64,000 nt of DNA, taken from assembly GCA_009914755.4 (NCBI GenBank), contig CP086569.2:6112001-6176000 (forward strand), written 5' to 3'. Made by a program: the position numbers and the translations under genes. Origin of the DNA: the human T2T-CHM13v2.0 reference genome, Homo sapiens. The notes beneath the pieces are model-generated. The model was not told the DNA's origin. It saw nothing but the letters and a program-made list of their open reading frames with translations, and ran no database searches. Below, one piece after another: positions 36,801 to 51,858 of this stretch; position 1 is the stretch's first letter; each line of letters opens with the position of its first letter.

Positions 36801-38649
36801 TTCCAAAGTTCTGAAATTACATACTTTAGCAATTGTATCCAGCCTCAAGTTTAGAGATAAAGGCTAACAAATATATTGTAAACCATATAAATAAACCTAA
36901 TTGCAGGTTATCTGGAGAGCTGTAAGAAACCACTGAAAAACTGCCATTGTGGACAAGGCTGCTGACAACAATGTCATGCAAGCAGAGGAACGGGTCTTTC
37001 CCCAGTAAGCCTTCAGATAATACCAGAGACCAGCATGGCATTTCCATTGCTGCTTTTAGAGAAAACATGAAACAGTGGTGTGCATTTTGTGTGTGTGTGT
37101 GTGTGTGTGTAAGCATACATACAAAACCAGTTGAACAAAATAGGATCACCCACATAATGGAATATGATACAACTGTTTGTAGATATGGTAGAATGCGTCC
37201 TGAATCTATCAGTTTCTCAGCTTTTTTTTTTTTGGCTGGTAGGTTATTTATTAGTAATGATCCAATTTTGGAAATTGAGATTGGACAGGCTGGAGCTAAG
37301 ACTGGGTCCACTTTGATTCTGTTGTGGAACAGAAAATTGCATGGCTGTAATTTTGGCTGTGATTATTACTGGAATGTTTCTGTACAGATGGGCTAGTTTT
37401 CTGCCTGCAGCAGGAGGCCTTGGGGCTGAAAATCAGCTCCCTTGACATCTGCTGTTGAACAGATCACTTAGGGCCTGCTCTCAGCTAAGAAAGTTGCATA
37501 TTGCCCAGAAAGTTTCCCAAAGATTATGTAGTTCTCTGACTTAGGGAAGGCCCAAAGCTGAAAGTGGGTCCTCCCCATAGGGGAAAAAAACTGGAAAGTC
37601 TAGATCCATTTCCTGCTGGATAGAGCCTGGATAGGCTACATTCATTGGCTCAGACAGGCAAGTTCCCCAGCAGGGTAGCTGCTTCCCAGCAGCAGAGGGA
37701 GGGGCTGAAGCTGAGACTGGGATTCTTTTTCTCAATAAAGTCATGTCTTCTACAGATTCTAATGCCCCAGTGATTTCCATTAGATATATCAGAAGTGAAC
37801 TTCCTTCCAGGGGTACCAAGGCTTATTATATAAGCTACTTGGCCACTGGGTCCAGGTAGAGCCAGAAACTTTATCTTTAACCACTAAGTTGTCTCTGATT
37901 TTCAGCCTGGGGATTGATGGAACACACAGGGCTAGGATGGTCAAAAGTATATGGCAGCTGGGATTGGGTGGGGTCACATGCCCCTTCTGTGGATAATCAC
38001 CTAGTTGCCTCTTTGTCACAGCTTGGGAAGTTTTGCAGAGAAAGCCAGGTTGGGATATGGAAGTTGGCTAATGATTTGAGCATGGCAGATGCATCAACCA
38101 TGGTTGGTTGCTGCAGAGTGATGCTGTTGCCTAGTTTCCCTGATGGTGCACCTCTGCTGGCTGGAATGCAAGTGTAAGATTACTTTTATGGTCAATGTGA
38201 GCCCCATCCATGTAGTTTGTTTCTAACTGACCCCGGTTGTCTGATACCCTCAATATTTCCCACTGGGTAAGACTAGAGAGAACATCATGTGAAGAATTGC
38301 AAAATGGAAAAGAAAAGCCTGAGTGTACATTTTCAACTCTCTCCATTCTGAAGAAACTGTGAGTCTGGGAAAAATTTTGTGTGCAACACCATGCTGGCTT
38401 GGGGAGGAAAAAATTTAAAACATCAAATTAAAATTATTCTTTTATCCTTTGTGTGTGGCTATTCTCAGTTCTAGTCAAAAAAGGTGTCATATATTCAACC
38501 TCAAGTTATAGAATCATTCACTAAGGTATCCTTATCTAAGGATAGTTGTGAGCTGAGTTTTTTGCTGGAGAGGTAGGAATTAGCAGAATCATAGAATGCC
38601 TGTTCTGTCACACCAGACCCTAGAAACAGCCAAGTTAAAACACTGGTCC

Positions 38650-38963
38650 ATGCTGAGCACAGTGGCTCATGTCTGTAACCCCAGAACTTTGGTAGGATGA
38701 GGAAGGCATATCATGAGGTCAGGAGGTCAAGACCATCCTGGATAACACAGTGAAATCTCCTCTCTGCTAGACATACAAAAAAAAAAGAATTAGCTGAGCC
38801 TGTTGGCATTTACCTGTAGTCCTAGCTACTTGGAAGGTTGAGGAAGGAATATCTCGTGAACCCAGCAGATGGAGGTCAAAGTGAGCTGAGATCATGACAC
38901 TGCACTCCAACCTGGGTGACAGAGTGAGACTGGATCTCAAAAAAAAGAAAAAAGAAAAAAAAA
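38650..38963 (+). mobile_element. Alu (S-like)
   Basis: 'tgctgagcacagtggctcatgtctgtaaccccagaactttgg...ctgcactccaacctgggtgacagagtgagactg' plus an A-rich tail. Confidence 0.8.
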
Positions 38964-39928
38964 CCTCATCCAAAGGGAGGAGTGTAAAACGTTGGGGTGC
39001 TTCATGGAGAACCTGAAAGTTAGAGAAAGCCAAGGTTTGGATTTAAGGAATATCTCATGGGACCATCAAAAACCACTTCTTTGTCCCCTATGGAACGCAA
39101 GAAATAGTGAATGCTGAGGTACACTGTTTACCGATAAAGGCACATTATCAGCCAGAGATACATGGTTAAGTCTTCTTGTGTTCCTATGAAAGGATGAGAC
39201 TGGAAAGTTTATAAAGAAAATAGCTTTCATTGATTCCTTGTTCTGCAGACTGTAAAAGATGTGTGTGGTGCCAGCATCTGCATCTGGTGGGAGCTTCACG
39301 AGGCTTCCACTCAGCACAGAAGATAAATGAAAACAGGCATGTCATATGTGGAAAGAGCAAGAGAGAGAAGGGGAGATGGTATCAAGCTCTTTTCAACAAC
39401 CTATTTCTATATAAGCTTCATTGTGGGAATTAATACAGTAGAAAACTCACTTATTAACCATGGCCAGGGTGCCACGCCATTTATGAGGGATCCAGCACCA
39501 TGACACAAACCAACACCTCACCTTCGTGCTATTTACAGTGTGGAGGACCACATTTCAGCCTGAGGCTTGGAGGGACAAATGTCAAAACTATAACAATAGG
39601 CAAGTTTAAAAATCATGCAGAGTTATGGTAAGACGATCATTTTTTCTCTTTAGTATCCTGGGACTACAAAAAGCTGGAATTCATTAGTTTCCAGAGATTA
39701 GAAAGTTAGTATTGAAACTCTTAGGCAGCAACCTAGATGTCAGGGCCATAGTTGGGTAGTTTGACTTCTTGGAAGGAAAATTTGGAAGCTCAGTATATTG
39801 CTAGAGTGAGTGATGATGAAGGCTGATGAGAAATGCCTATGTGCTTGCTCTCAGAGGACCTTGACAGATCCAAAAGTCAGGAGGATTACGAGCAAGATAC
39901 CTGGGCAGAAGTTATAAAAGTCAAGACA

Positions 39929-40234
39929 TGGCCAGGTGTGGTGGCTCAAGCCTGTAATCCCAGCACTTTGGGAGGCTGAGGTTGGGGATTACCTGAGGTC
40001 AGGAATTTGAGACCAGCCTGACAAACATGGTGAAACCTTGTCTCTACTAAGAAATACAAAAATTAGCCTAGCATGGTTGTGGTCACCTGTATTCCCAGCT
40101 AAACAGTAGGCTGAGGCAGGGGAATCACTTGAGCCCAGGAGGCGGGGGTTGCAGTGAGCCAAGATCATGCCATTGCACTCCAGCCCAGGTGACAGAGCAA
40201 GACTCCATCACAAGAGAAATAAGAAAAAAAAAAG
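39929..40234 (+). mobile_element. Alu (S/Y-like) with ~10-bp target-site duplication 'aaaagtcaag'
   Basis: 'ggccaggtgtggtggctcaagcctgtaatcccagcactttgggaggctgagg...'; TSD at 39917-39927 and 40232-40243. Confidence 0.8.
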
Positions 40235-40390
40235 TCAAGGTGTTAGATGTACAATCTAAGTTCTTCAAGGTATAAAGTGGGAGCTGAGCTTTCTTGACTG
40301 CTTGAGATCCAGTAAGCCAGGGAAAAACAGTTTCAGAAGTGCTTGAATGTCTATTTAAATCCCTATTTTTTTCTTGGAGGTCCTAGGGAG

Positions 40391-40792
40391 AGGTGAAGCC
40401 ACCTGGACTTCCTGGATCAAGTGGGGACTTGAAAAAATTTTCTGTCTGCTAAGGGATTGTAAATGCACCAATCAGCACTCTATAAAAATGCACCAATCAG
40501 CACTCTGTATCTAGCTAAAGGATTGTAAATGCACCAATCAGCAGGACGTGGGTGGATCCAAATAAGAGAATAAAAGCTGGCCACCTCACCCAGCAGCGGC
40601 AACCTGCTTGGGTCACCTTCCATACTGTGGAAGATTTTTCTTTCACTCTTCACAATAAATGTTGCTGCTGCTCACTCTTTGGGTCCACACCATCTTTACA
40701 AGCTGTAACACTCACCACGAAGGTCTGCGGCTTCATTCTTGAAGTCAGCGAGACCAAGAACCCACAAGAAGGAATAAATTCCAGACAGGTTA
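40391..40792 (+). promoter_or_regulatory. ERV9 5' LTR (short U3 with 3 CCAAT-containing repeats; potential promoter/enhancer)
   Basis: Homologous to 46437-47292. 'aataaaagctggccacc' TATA-like element at ~40577. Confidence 0.7.
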
Positions 40793-42098
40793 TGGTGACC
40801 ACAAAGGGACTATCGCCTATCACAAAGCAGTGAGTACCATCGGACCCCTTTCACTTGTTATTCTGTCCTATTTTTCCTTAGAATTTGGATGTTACATACC
40901 AGGCACCTGTCAGCCAGTTAGAAGTGACTAGTGTGGCTGCTGGACTAAAGACACGGGTGACAGACTTTCTGGGAAAGTGCTCTGTAACAACCCCCAACTC
41001 TTCACAGTTGAGAGAATTGGTTTGCCTGGAAAGAGCTTCTGATTTCCCTGTACTTCTGGGCTGAGGTGAGGGTCAACAGAGAGGAAAACCATTCTGCTCC
41101 AGGGTCCCAAGAGCAAATTGGTTGACCCTGTGGCCATGAGCAGAACTCTCAAAGTCACGTTGCACAAGCGAGACTCACCCATCTATCCTATCTATCCTGA
41201 CCTCTGACCTTTGCACACTGGATCCTAATGCCTGTCAGACAAACTTCCTCTTGCCTCTTCTCCAAGGCTATTCCTGATTCTAAAAACCACTCCCTGTCTC
41301 TCGTGGTTTTCTAGCACCAGACAGAAAAACCACTCCCTCTCTCTGGTGCTTATCTAGAACCTATAAGAATGATTTCTGCTATAAACTCCAGGACTCTATT
41401 CCCTTCTTTAGGCACCCAGGCTCACCAATCAGAAAGACATAATTTTTGCCCAAAGCCCTGTCAGTGGTCTTGGGGGACTATCTTATCTAGAATTTTAGGA
41501 TCACTCCTCAGAATAGCAGGCCTAACAAAGCTACCCCTGAAGCTAGGATATGGGGAGCTTCAGAAATCGTATCCTTCCTATTCAAGTGAGGACAAAAGTC
41601 ATCACTCTTCCAACCCTGGAGATCCCTTCCCTCCCTCAGGTTATGGCCCTCCACTTCATTTTTGAGGCATAGCATCTTTATAGGACAGGAGTGAAGTCCC
41701 AATACTAATGAGAGAATGCTTAGGACTCTAACAGTTTTTCAAGAATGAATCAGTAAGGGCCACTAAATCTGATTTTTCTCATTCCTCTTTGTGGTCTAGG
41801 AGGACAGGAAATAGTGCAGGTTTTTGAGAGTGTGTCGGTAAGGGACAATAAATCCAACCTTCCTCGGTCCTCCTTGTGGTCTAGGAAGGAAACTAGTGTT
41901 TCTGCTGCTGCATCTGTGAGTGCAACTATTCCAATCAGCAGGGTCCAGGGACCATTGCAGGTTCTTGGGCAAGAGGTGTTTCTGCTGCTGCATCAGTGAG
42001 CACAACTATTCTGATCAGCAGGGTCCAGGGACCATTGCAGTTTCTTGGGCAGGGAGAGAAACAAACAAACCAAAACTGTGGGCAGTTTTGTCTTTCAG

Positions 42099-43560
42099 AT
42101 GGGAAACATTCAGGCATCAACAGGCTCACCATTGAAATGCATCCTAAGCCATTGGGACCAATTTGATCCACAAACCCTGAAAAAGAGGTGGCTCATTTTT
42201 TTCTGCACTATGGCCTGGCCCCAATATTCTCTCTCTGGTGGGGAAAAATGGCCACCTGAGGGCAGCATAAATTACAATACTATCCTGCAGCTTGACCTTT
42301 TCTGTAAGAGACAAGGCAAGTGGAGTGAACTACCTTATGTCCAAGCTTTGTTTTCATTGAAGGAGAATCCACAACTATGGAAAGCTTGACATTTACATCC
42401 CACAGGAGGGCCTTTCAGCTTACCCCCATATCCTAGCCTCCATATAGCTCCCCTTCCTATTAGTAAGCCTCCTCTAATCTCCTCCTCCCAGAAGGAAACA
42501 AGCAAAGAAATCTGCAAAGGACCACAAAAAACCCTGGGCTATCGATTCTGTCCCCTTCAGGCTGTAGGGGGAGGAGAATTTGGCCCAACCTGGGTACAAG
42601 TCCCCTTCTCCCTCCCTGATTTAAAGCCAATCAAGGCAGAGCTGGGGAAGTTTTCAGATGATCCTGATAGGTACATAGATGTCCTGCAGGGTCCAGGGCA
42701 AAACTTTGACCTCACTTGGACAGATGCCATGCTATTGTTAGATCAAATCCTGGCCTTTAATGAAAAGAATGTGGCTTTAGCTGCTGCCCAGGAGTTTGGA
42801 GATACCTGGCATCTTAGTCAAGTAAATGATAGAATGACAGCTGAAGAAAGGGACAAATTCCCTACCCGTAAGCAAGTCATCCCCAGTATGGAACCCCACT
42901 GGGTTCTCAACTCAGATTATTGGGACTGATTTCACACACATCTGTTGACCTGTGTTCTAGAAGGACTAAGGAGAATTAGGAAAAAGCTCATGAATGATGC
43001 AATGATGTCCATCATAACTCTGGCATAGGAAAAAAATCATTCTGCCTTCCTCGAGCAGCTACAGGAAGGAAATAGCTGTATTTCCTTAAGGAAATATTCT
43101 TACCTGTCACCTGACTCCCTCAAGAGTCAATTGATCCTGAAAGATAAGTTTATTACCCAATCAGCTGCAGATATCAGGAGAATGCTCCAAAAATCAGAGC
43201 TGGGCCCTGAACAAAATCTGGAGGCTTTAATAAACCTGGCAACCTTGGTGTTCTATTATAGGGACCAAGAGGAACTGGCCAAAAAGGAAAAGTGAGATCA
43301 GAGAAAGGCTGCAGCCTTAGTCATGGCCCTCAGATAAACAAACCTTGGTGGTTCAGAGAGGACAGAAAATGGAGCAGGCCAATTGCATGGTAGGGTTTCT
43401 TACCAGTGTGGTTTGCAAGGGCACCTTAAAACAGATTGTCCCACAAGAAACAAGCTGCCTTCTTGCCCATGTCCACTATGCCAAAACAATCACTGGAAGG
43501 CTCACTGCCCCAGAGGACAAAGGTTCTCTAGGCCAGAGGCCCCCAACCAGATGCTCCAAC
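42099..43560 (+). pseudogene. ERV9 gag remnant (frameshifted)
   Basis: ORF fragments at 42045-42389, 42729-42929 and 43345-43632 in different frames; N-terminal 'MGNIQAS'; two CX2CX4HX4C knuckles ~43400-43500. Confidence 0.7.
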
Positions 43561-43599
43561 AACAGGCAGGAGGGTGCCTGGGACAAGCACCAGCTCATG

Positions 43600-44880
43600 T
43601 CATCAGCCTCACTGAGCCCCAGGTACATTTAACTGTGGAGGACCAGGAAATTGACTTCCTCCTGGACACTGGTGCAGCCTTCTCAGTGTTAATCTCCTGT
43701 CCTGGACAGCTTTCCTCAAGGTCCGTTACCATCTAAGGAATCCTGGGATGGCCTGTAACCAGGTGTTTCTCCCACTTATTCAGTTGTAATTGGGAGACTT
43801 TTCTCTTTTCACATGCTTTTCTTGTTATGCCTGAACGACTCATACTTTATTAGGGAGGGACATACTGGCCAAAGCTGGCACTATTGTCTACATGAATATG
43901 GGGAAAAAGTTACCCATTTCTTGTCCCCTGCTTGAGGAGGTAGTCAACCCTGAAGTCTGGGGGATTAGAAGAAACAAACTCAAGCTCCAGCCTTAAGCCT
44001 TCCCACAGGACAAAACTTCTCTTTATATGTCACAGAAAGAGTAAGAATAGCTCTTAGAGTCCTTACTCAAACTCTTGGGACAACCACACAACCAGTGGCA
44101 TACATAAGTAAGGAAATTGATGTAGTAGCAAAAGGCCATCCTCACTGTTTACTGGTAGTAGTGGTGGTGGCCATCTTAGTGTCAGAGGCTATCAAAATAA
44201 TTCAAGGAAAGGATCTCACTGTCTGGACTACTGATGATGTAAATGGCACACTAGGTGACAAAGGAAGTTTATGGCTATCAGATGACAGCTTGCTTAGATA
44301 GGAGGTACTACTCTTTGAGGGACATATGCTTCAAATATGCATATGTGCAGGCCTCAACCATGCCATTTTTCTCCTAGAGGATGGGAAACACTAATCGAGC
44401 ATGACTGCCAACAAATTAAAGTCCAAAATTATGCCTCCCAAGAAGATCTCTTAGAAGTCCCCTTAGTTAATCCTGACCTTAACCTATATACCAATGAAAG
44501 TTCATTTGTGGAGAATGGGATATGAAGGTCAGGTTATGCCATAATTAGGGGTGTAACAGTACTTGAAAGCAAGCCTCTTCACCAGAGACCAGCCCCCAGT
44601 TAACAGAACTAGTGGCACTTACCCAAGCATTTGAACTGGGAAAGGGAAGAATAAATGTGTATATGGATAGTAAATATGCTTATCTAATCCTACATGCCCA
44701 TCCTGCAATATGGAAAGAAAATGAATTCCTAACCTCTGGAGAAACCTCCATTAAATATCATGAGGAAACCATGGAGTTATTGAATGCTGTGCAAAAGTCC
44801 AAGGAGGTGGCAGTCTTACACTGCCAAAGCCATCATAAGTGGAAGGAGAGGGGAGAACAGCAGCATGAATGGCTGGCAGC
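43600..44880 (+). pseudogene. ERV9 pro-pol remnant (protease DTGA motif, most of RT deleted, RNase H-like block retained)
   Basis: 'DTGAAFSVL' ~43650. 'INVYMDSKYAYLILHAHPAIWKENEFLTSGETSIKYHEETMELLNAVQKSKEVAVLHCQSHHK' at 44612-44830 resembles gammaretroviral RNase H. Confidence 0.6.
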
Positions 44881-44884
44881 GTCA

Positions 44885-45275
44885 GAGAAAGACCAACAGA
44901 CAGGAAAGAAACAGAGAGACAGAGGAAGAGACAGAAAGTCAGGAGAGAGAGAGAGAGAGAGAGAGAGGAAGGGACACACAAAGAGGGATTCAGAGAGAAA
45001 GAAAGAGAAAGAGAGAGACAAAGTCAAAGACAGAAGGAAAGAGAGGAAGAGACAGACAAAGAAAGAGTCAAAGAGAGAGAAAGAGACAGACAGTTAGAAA
45101 GAGACAAAGAGAGGAAGAGATAGGCAAAGAGGGAGTCAGAGAGAAAGAAAAAGAGACAAAGTCAAATACAGAAGGGAAGAGAGAGACAAAGTCAAATACA
45201 TAAGGGAAGAGAGAGAGGAAGAGACAAACAAAGAAGGAGCCAAAGAGAGGGAAAGAGATAGAAGTGGTAAAGAAA
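44885..45275. repeat. (GA)n/(GAAAGA)n purine-rich simple repeat inside the provirus
   Basis: Direct reading. It produces the spurious 'RERERER' ORFs. Confidence 0.9.
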
Positions 45276-45899
45276 AAACAGTGTACCCTATTCCTTTAAA
45301 AGCCAGGGTAAATTTAAAACCTATAATTGATAATTGAAGGTCTTCTCAATGACCCGGTAACACACCAATACCACCTTGTTGTCAGTGTAAACAAGGGCAT
45401 AGCCTGAAATCACTAAGGCTACTGACAACCCCTAGCCCTCCTATTAAAAATGTTAAACACGGCAGGTTTCCTAACAGGGGATCTAAGTCTTAACTAATTA
45501 CCATACAAAAGTCCAACCAGACCTATGAGGAGCTCCCTTCAGGACAGGATGATAGATAGTTCTTTCCAGGCAATTAAGGGGAAAAGACAGAATGGGTATT
45601 CAGTAAGTGATAAGGGAACACTTGTAGAAGCAATTAGGAAAATTACCTAATAATTTGTCTGCTCAAACATGACAGCTGTTTTCACTCAGTCAAACCTTAA
45701 TGTACTTACAGAATCAGGAAGGAGCCATCTATACAATTTCTAAGTTAATAGGGACTGAATGAGGTCTTATTAATAGCAAAGAATAATTGAAATCCCAAAA
45801 TTAGAAGGTTTTCAACGAAAGTAAAATTTGCTAAAAGTTAGCAGTGTAACATGTTTTATCCTACTACCTCACACTCTCAAAGGATTTCTCAGACAGTTT

Positions 45900-46100
45900 G
45901 TGAAAAATAACAAAATCTATCCTTTCTCTGCAATCCAAAATAGACTCTTTGGCAGCAGTGACTCTCCAAAACTGCCAAGGCCTAGACTTCCTCACTGCTG
46001 AGAAAGGAAAGCTCTACAACCAGTCAGGGATAGTATAAGATGCCGCCCGGCATTTAAAGGAAAAGGCTTCTGAAATCAGACAATTCCTTTCAAACTCTTA
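45900..46100 (+). pseudogene. ERV9 env transmembrane-subunit remnant
   Basis: 'sLQNCQGLDFLTAEKGKLYNQSG' immunosuppressive/CX6C-region-like motif translated from ~45961. Confidence 0.55.
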
Positions 46101-46436
46101 TACCAAATTCTGGTGTTGGGCATTATGACTTCTTCCCTTTCCAGGTCCCAGGACAGCCATCTTGCTATTACTCGCCTTCAGGCCCTGTATTTTTAACCAC
46201 CTTGTCATATTTATTTCCTATAGGATCGAGGTTACAGGTGGTCTTACAAATGGAACCCCAAATGAGCTCAACTAACAACTTCTACCAAAGACCTTGGATC
46301 ATCCCTCTGGCCCTTTGGCTGGCCTAGAGAGTTCCCCTGTAGAGGACACTAACACTGGAGGGCCCCTTCTTCACCTCTACCCAGCAGGAAGTAGCTAGAG
46401 TGGTCATTGCCCAATTCCCAACAGCAGTTGGGGCAT

Positions 46437-47312
<876 letters not shown>

Positions 47313-47536
47313 TCAACTTGAAGGTCCAAGGTTTCACTCTTGAAGTCAGAAAGACCAAGAATGCACCAGAAGGAAGCAACTCTGGAAACAATATGCCCAA
47401 CTCAGTGTTTCAAGGCTATAATCACAACACGTTCAGAGGCCAAGGAAGGAGGACACTTAAACCTCAGAGTCTGAGACCAACCTGAACAATATATCCAAAG
47501 CATTGTCCTTACCACACACACACAAACACAAAAGTG

Positions 47537-47707
47537 GGGCACAGTGGTGTGTGTCTATAATTCTATCTACTTGGGAGGCTGAAATGGAAGTCTCACTTAT
47601 TTGAACCCAGGAGTTCAAGGCTGCAGTGAGGTACGATGGTGCCAATGCAGTCCAGGCTGGACAACAGAGTGAGACCCTGTGTCTAAAAAAAAAAAAAAAA
47701 AAAAAAG
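47537..47707 (+). mobile_element. Alu right-arm fragment with poly-A
   Basis: 'gggcacagtggtgtgtgtctataattctatctacttgggaggctgaaatgg...ccaggctggacaacagagtgagaccctgtgtctaaaaaaaa'. Confidence 0.7.
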
Positions 47708-47755
47708 TGCTTGAAATGAAGGATAAGCTATGTATTATTTATATATTTGTTGATT

Positions 47756-48045
47756 TTGATTTGGAGTCTTGCTCTGTCACTCAGGCTACAGTGCAAGGTG
47801 CAATATCAGCTCACTTCAGCCTTAGGCCCACAGGGTCAAAAAATTGTCCTGCCTGAGCCTCCCAATTAACTATAACATACTACAAGCATGGGCCGTCAAG
47901 CCCAGATAATTTTTTTTATTTCAGGTAGAAATAGGGTTTCATAGTGTTGGCCAGGTTTGTCTCAAACCCCTGACCTAAAGTGATCTGCAAGTCTCAGCCT
48001 CCCAAAGTGCTGGAATTAAAAGACTGAGCCATCACACCTGGACAG
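47756..48045 (-). mobile_element. Alu (antisense)
   Basis: 'ggagtcttgctctgtcactcaggctacagtgcaaggtgcaatatcagctcacttcagcc...cctcccaaagtgctggaattaaaagactgagccatcacacctgg'. Confidence 0.8.
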
Positions 48046-48322
48046 TAACATACACAAGACTAGGGAGTTTTATCTTTTCACTTCGTCCTCACAATACTAC
48101 ATTATAGGTGAATGAAAACACAACTTCATAACATGAAGAACTCACTTGAAATTCAAAGTTGGTAACTTCTGTCTTTAAAATTATTTCCACACTTACCCTC
48201 TAAAAATTGATGATCTTGTCAAAATTTTACGAAGAAAATGCTTCCTCCTTGCAGATTAGTATGTTAATTGTAAGAATTATGGACTGTAAAACTTCTGGAA
48301 CTTCATGTATTTCATTTCTTTA

Positions 48323-48568
<246 letters not shown>

Positions 48569-48602
48569 TCAAAGATAGATGATATTAAAGGCTGAAGAAA
48601 AG

Positions 48603-48712
48603 GCTGAGCACAGTGGCTCACTCCTGTACTCCCGGCACTTTGGGAGGATGAGGTGGGTGGATCACCAGAGGTCAGTAGTTCAAGACCAGCCTGGCCAACA
48701 CCTTGAGATCAA
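48603..48712 (+). mobile_element. Alu fragment (left arm, truncated)
   Basis: 'ggctgagcacagtggctcactcctgtactcccggcactttgggaggatgaggtgggtggatcaccagaggtcag...'. Confidence 0.7.
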
Positions 48713-50439
48713 AGAGGGGAAGGGGGTGGGTTAAATTGTGGTTGCTTAGAAGGAATACAATCTAGTGTTCAGTAGCCCAGGATGATTACACTTAATAATG
48801 ATTTATTGTATATCTGAGAAGAATTAAAACAGCGAAGGTGGAATGTCACTCATACTAATAAGTGATATGCCAGACTCAGTGGCTCACAGCTATAATCACA
48901 ACACATTGTGAGGCCAAGGAAGGAGGATCACTTAAGACTGGAAGACCAGTCTGAACAATATATGGAAGCATTGTCCCTACCACACACACACACAAACACA
49001 AGAGCTGAGCATGGTGGTGTGTGTCTGTAATTCCAGCTAAGTGGGATTTTTCTTTTACCTATCCTTAATTCCATAACCACCATCTCTTGACAACATATGG
49101 TCATTTCTCCATGAAGTGATTGGCTTCTCGAGTGGAGGACCTCCATAATTCTCTCTTCCATTAAATTTAATGCTAAAATGAAGGAACATAATGTAAGAAC
49201 ACCAAATCTGAAACATTATTTTCTCTTCTCTCAAACAACTTTTTAAAATTATTTCTTCTATGTCTCCACTCTTTTTTCCCTAAATTACTAGAAAATCATG
49301 ACACTGTGAATGTTTCTTATGGCTTTGGATAATCCCATGGCTCCTGCAAGGCTAGTTCTAACAAAGCTGATGGCAGACATAAATTCTTTGGTAAAGGTTC
49401 ATTTGTAATAGTTAATTACAACTTAGTTATGATTTTCCTTTTTATATGAATTACTGATGACTACTAATGACACATGGAAAAATGTAAAACCATCAAACTC
49501 TTCACTGATTTTCAAATTTACATACATTGTCCTTTCTCAGCTGAAGAAGGTAAATTTTCCCATGCTGTTCAGTCCATCTCACACACACAAATACTGCTAC
49601 CTTTGAATGACTGCATGCTAAACTTTTACATAAAATTTCTCCTTTATCTCTAAGTGGTTGGCTTTATCATAAATGTTGACAAATTAAAGTATACTAGTGA
49701 ATATTTTCTAACGATGACCAAGATTTACTTATACTGCAATAAGCAATACTGTTAAAGGGATCATGACAACATTGTTGTTATTTCAAAATAGAAAAGACTC
49801 TCCTTTAATATACTCTTCACGTGCTATTACTTAGAGGTCCACCTTTCACTTATGATATGTTCACCAGCTAATTTTCCTATGGAAATGTGTTGGCTTGTGT
49901 ATCCTGAATTCAATAAATACCTAACTTCACTGATACTCTACACATGAAATGTTAAATTTAAAATGGCAGTTTTCAATTTCCTCCATATTAGGATGGAGGA
50001 ATAAGTAACAATTTTATTTTGTTCTGCTAAAAGTCATCGCTAAGAACTTTGATTTATTGTCTTGCTTTCTTCTGTTCAGTCTGCAATCTTACAATTCTCC
50101 TTCTCAAAAATATTATTTCTATTCAATCCTACTGCTCAACTCATGTTGCTTAGTTCTAAATTCTCTCCTCAAATAATTTTAAATCTTACACTAAGGTCTT
50201 GTGTTAATGTTTAAACATCCAGGTACAATCTTAATTATTGATTTACATTCCATTGTATTTCACAACTCTGCACTTCTGTGATATCCACTTAATTTAAGAA
50301 TATTAGACTCCTTCATGTTTACCTTTGAAGCCTTAAATTTATTTTTAAATAATATTTAAGCCCAGTGCCTCTTTTTCTGCCAAATGCTCTTGTAGTTTTT
50401 TTGAACCTTTATATAAGCATTAAAAATGCCTTGTGCATA

Positions 50440-50750
50440 AGAAATATTGAGGTCTCGGAACCGAGATGCCAGGCTCACTGGCCCACACTGTGGGCCAGTG
50501 TAGAAGTCTGAGGCACCTGGATTGCTTGAGCCTAAGACTTTAATGTCAGTTTTGATAATGTGGTGAGATCCTCTCTCTACAAAAATATAGGGAAAAAATT
50601 TAGCTAGATGTGGTGGTGCATGCCTGTAGTTGCAGCAACTGAGAAAGCTGAAACAGGACAATTGCTTGAGCCCAGGAATTTGAGGGTGTAGTAAGCCATC
50701 ATCTCACCTATGCACTCTGACCTGGGAAGAGTAAGCCTCCATCCTAACGG
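50440..50750 (+). mobile_element. Old, divergent Alu (J/FRAM-like)
   Basis: '...gatgccaggctcactggcccacactgtgggcc...gatgtggtggtgcatgcctgtagttgcagc...ttgcttgagcccaggaatttgagg...'. Confidence 0.6.
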
Positions 50751-51574
50751 ACTAAGTTTTAATTGTTTATAAAGATTTTCTACATATTATAATCTTGCAA
50801 ATTCACATTTGTCTAAAGTAATAAAATTAACATTTCTACATGAAAGAAGTACAATTCAAGCAATAAAAGTCTGTTTAGAAAATCTAGTAAGAAACTCGAG
50901 TCATAATATGTTGGTGAGAGATAGAGATGTGGGAAGAATGGAGAGTGAACTGGGAGCAGAAATCTATCAGTAAAATATCTAAGTATAATATACATAAAAT
51001 ATTAAAAGAAAAATGATAAATGACTGTTTTTATCATTCTGTTATGAGGAAAAATTTCCAAAGCAAATCATAAAGATAAACTAAATTCCATGCAAAGAAAT
51101 TAAAATATTTACAAAATCAAAAGGTGACACATCAGGAAAATACATCATCCCTAAAATTTGTTAACATAACATTGAATTCTTACAATTCCCTTATGAAATG
51201 CTAATTTTCAGATTAGACTATGCTAAATATTAATAATCTTTAAGAATTGCATATTAAATAATATAAAAATATTTTCATATATCTACAAAAATGTAGATAT
51301 ATGCCAATTGCCAGGCGCTGTTACAAGTTAGAAGACGCACATTCTTATACAACGCAGAGTGTAATTGAACCCCACCCTCCAGATCAATGGAGATGAAATA
51401 ATCACGAAGCTGTGTATCTTAAAATGGAGGAAACACTGTAATTTCAACTTTAAAAAACATCTCCAATTAATAAAAAATCTGGTTATTAAAACTCGAAATT
51501 AAATAGTATATTTTTGAAGGTTGGTTAATAGATAATACAAGTTAACCAATGGGTTAATTTATTTGTTTATTTAT

Positions 51575-51858
51575 TGAGATGGACTATTGCCCTATCCCCC
51601 AGGCTAGAGTACAATGGCATTATCTTGGCTCACTGCAGCTTCCAACTCCGTATTTCCAGTGATTCTCCTGCCTCAGCCTCCTGAGTACCTGGGAGTAGAG
51701 CTGTAAGGCACCATGCCAGGCTAATTTTTTGTATCTTTAGGAGAGACAGGTTTTCATCATGTTGGCCAGGCTTGTGTGGAACTCTTGACCTCTTGGTCCA
51801 TCTGTCCCATATTTCCCAAGTGCTGAGATGACAGGCATGAGCCACCTCACCCAGCCCA
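51575..51858 (-). mobile_element. Alu (antisense) followed by (GATA)n at 51862-51925
   Basis: 'gagatggactattgccctatcccccaggctagagtacaatggcattatcttggctcactgcagcttcc...gctgagatgacaggcatgagccacctcacccagcc'. Confidence 0.8.

Noticed and set aside
44612-45203. 161-aa and 139-aa ORFs read as arginine/glutamate-rich proteins
   Set aside because: The N-terminal part is the ERV RNase H remnant. The rest is translation of the (GA)n simple repeat ('RERERERE').
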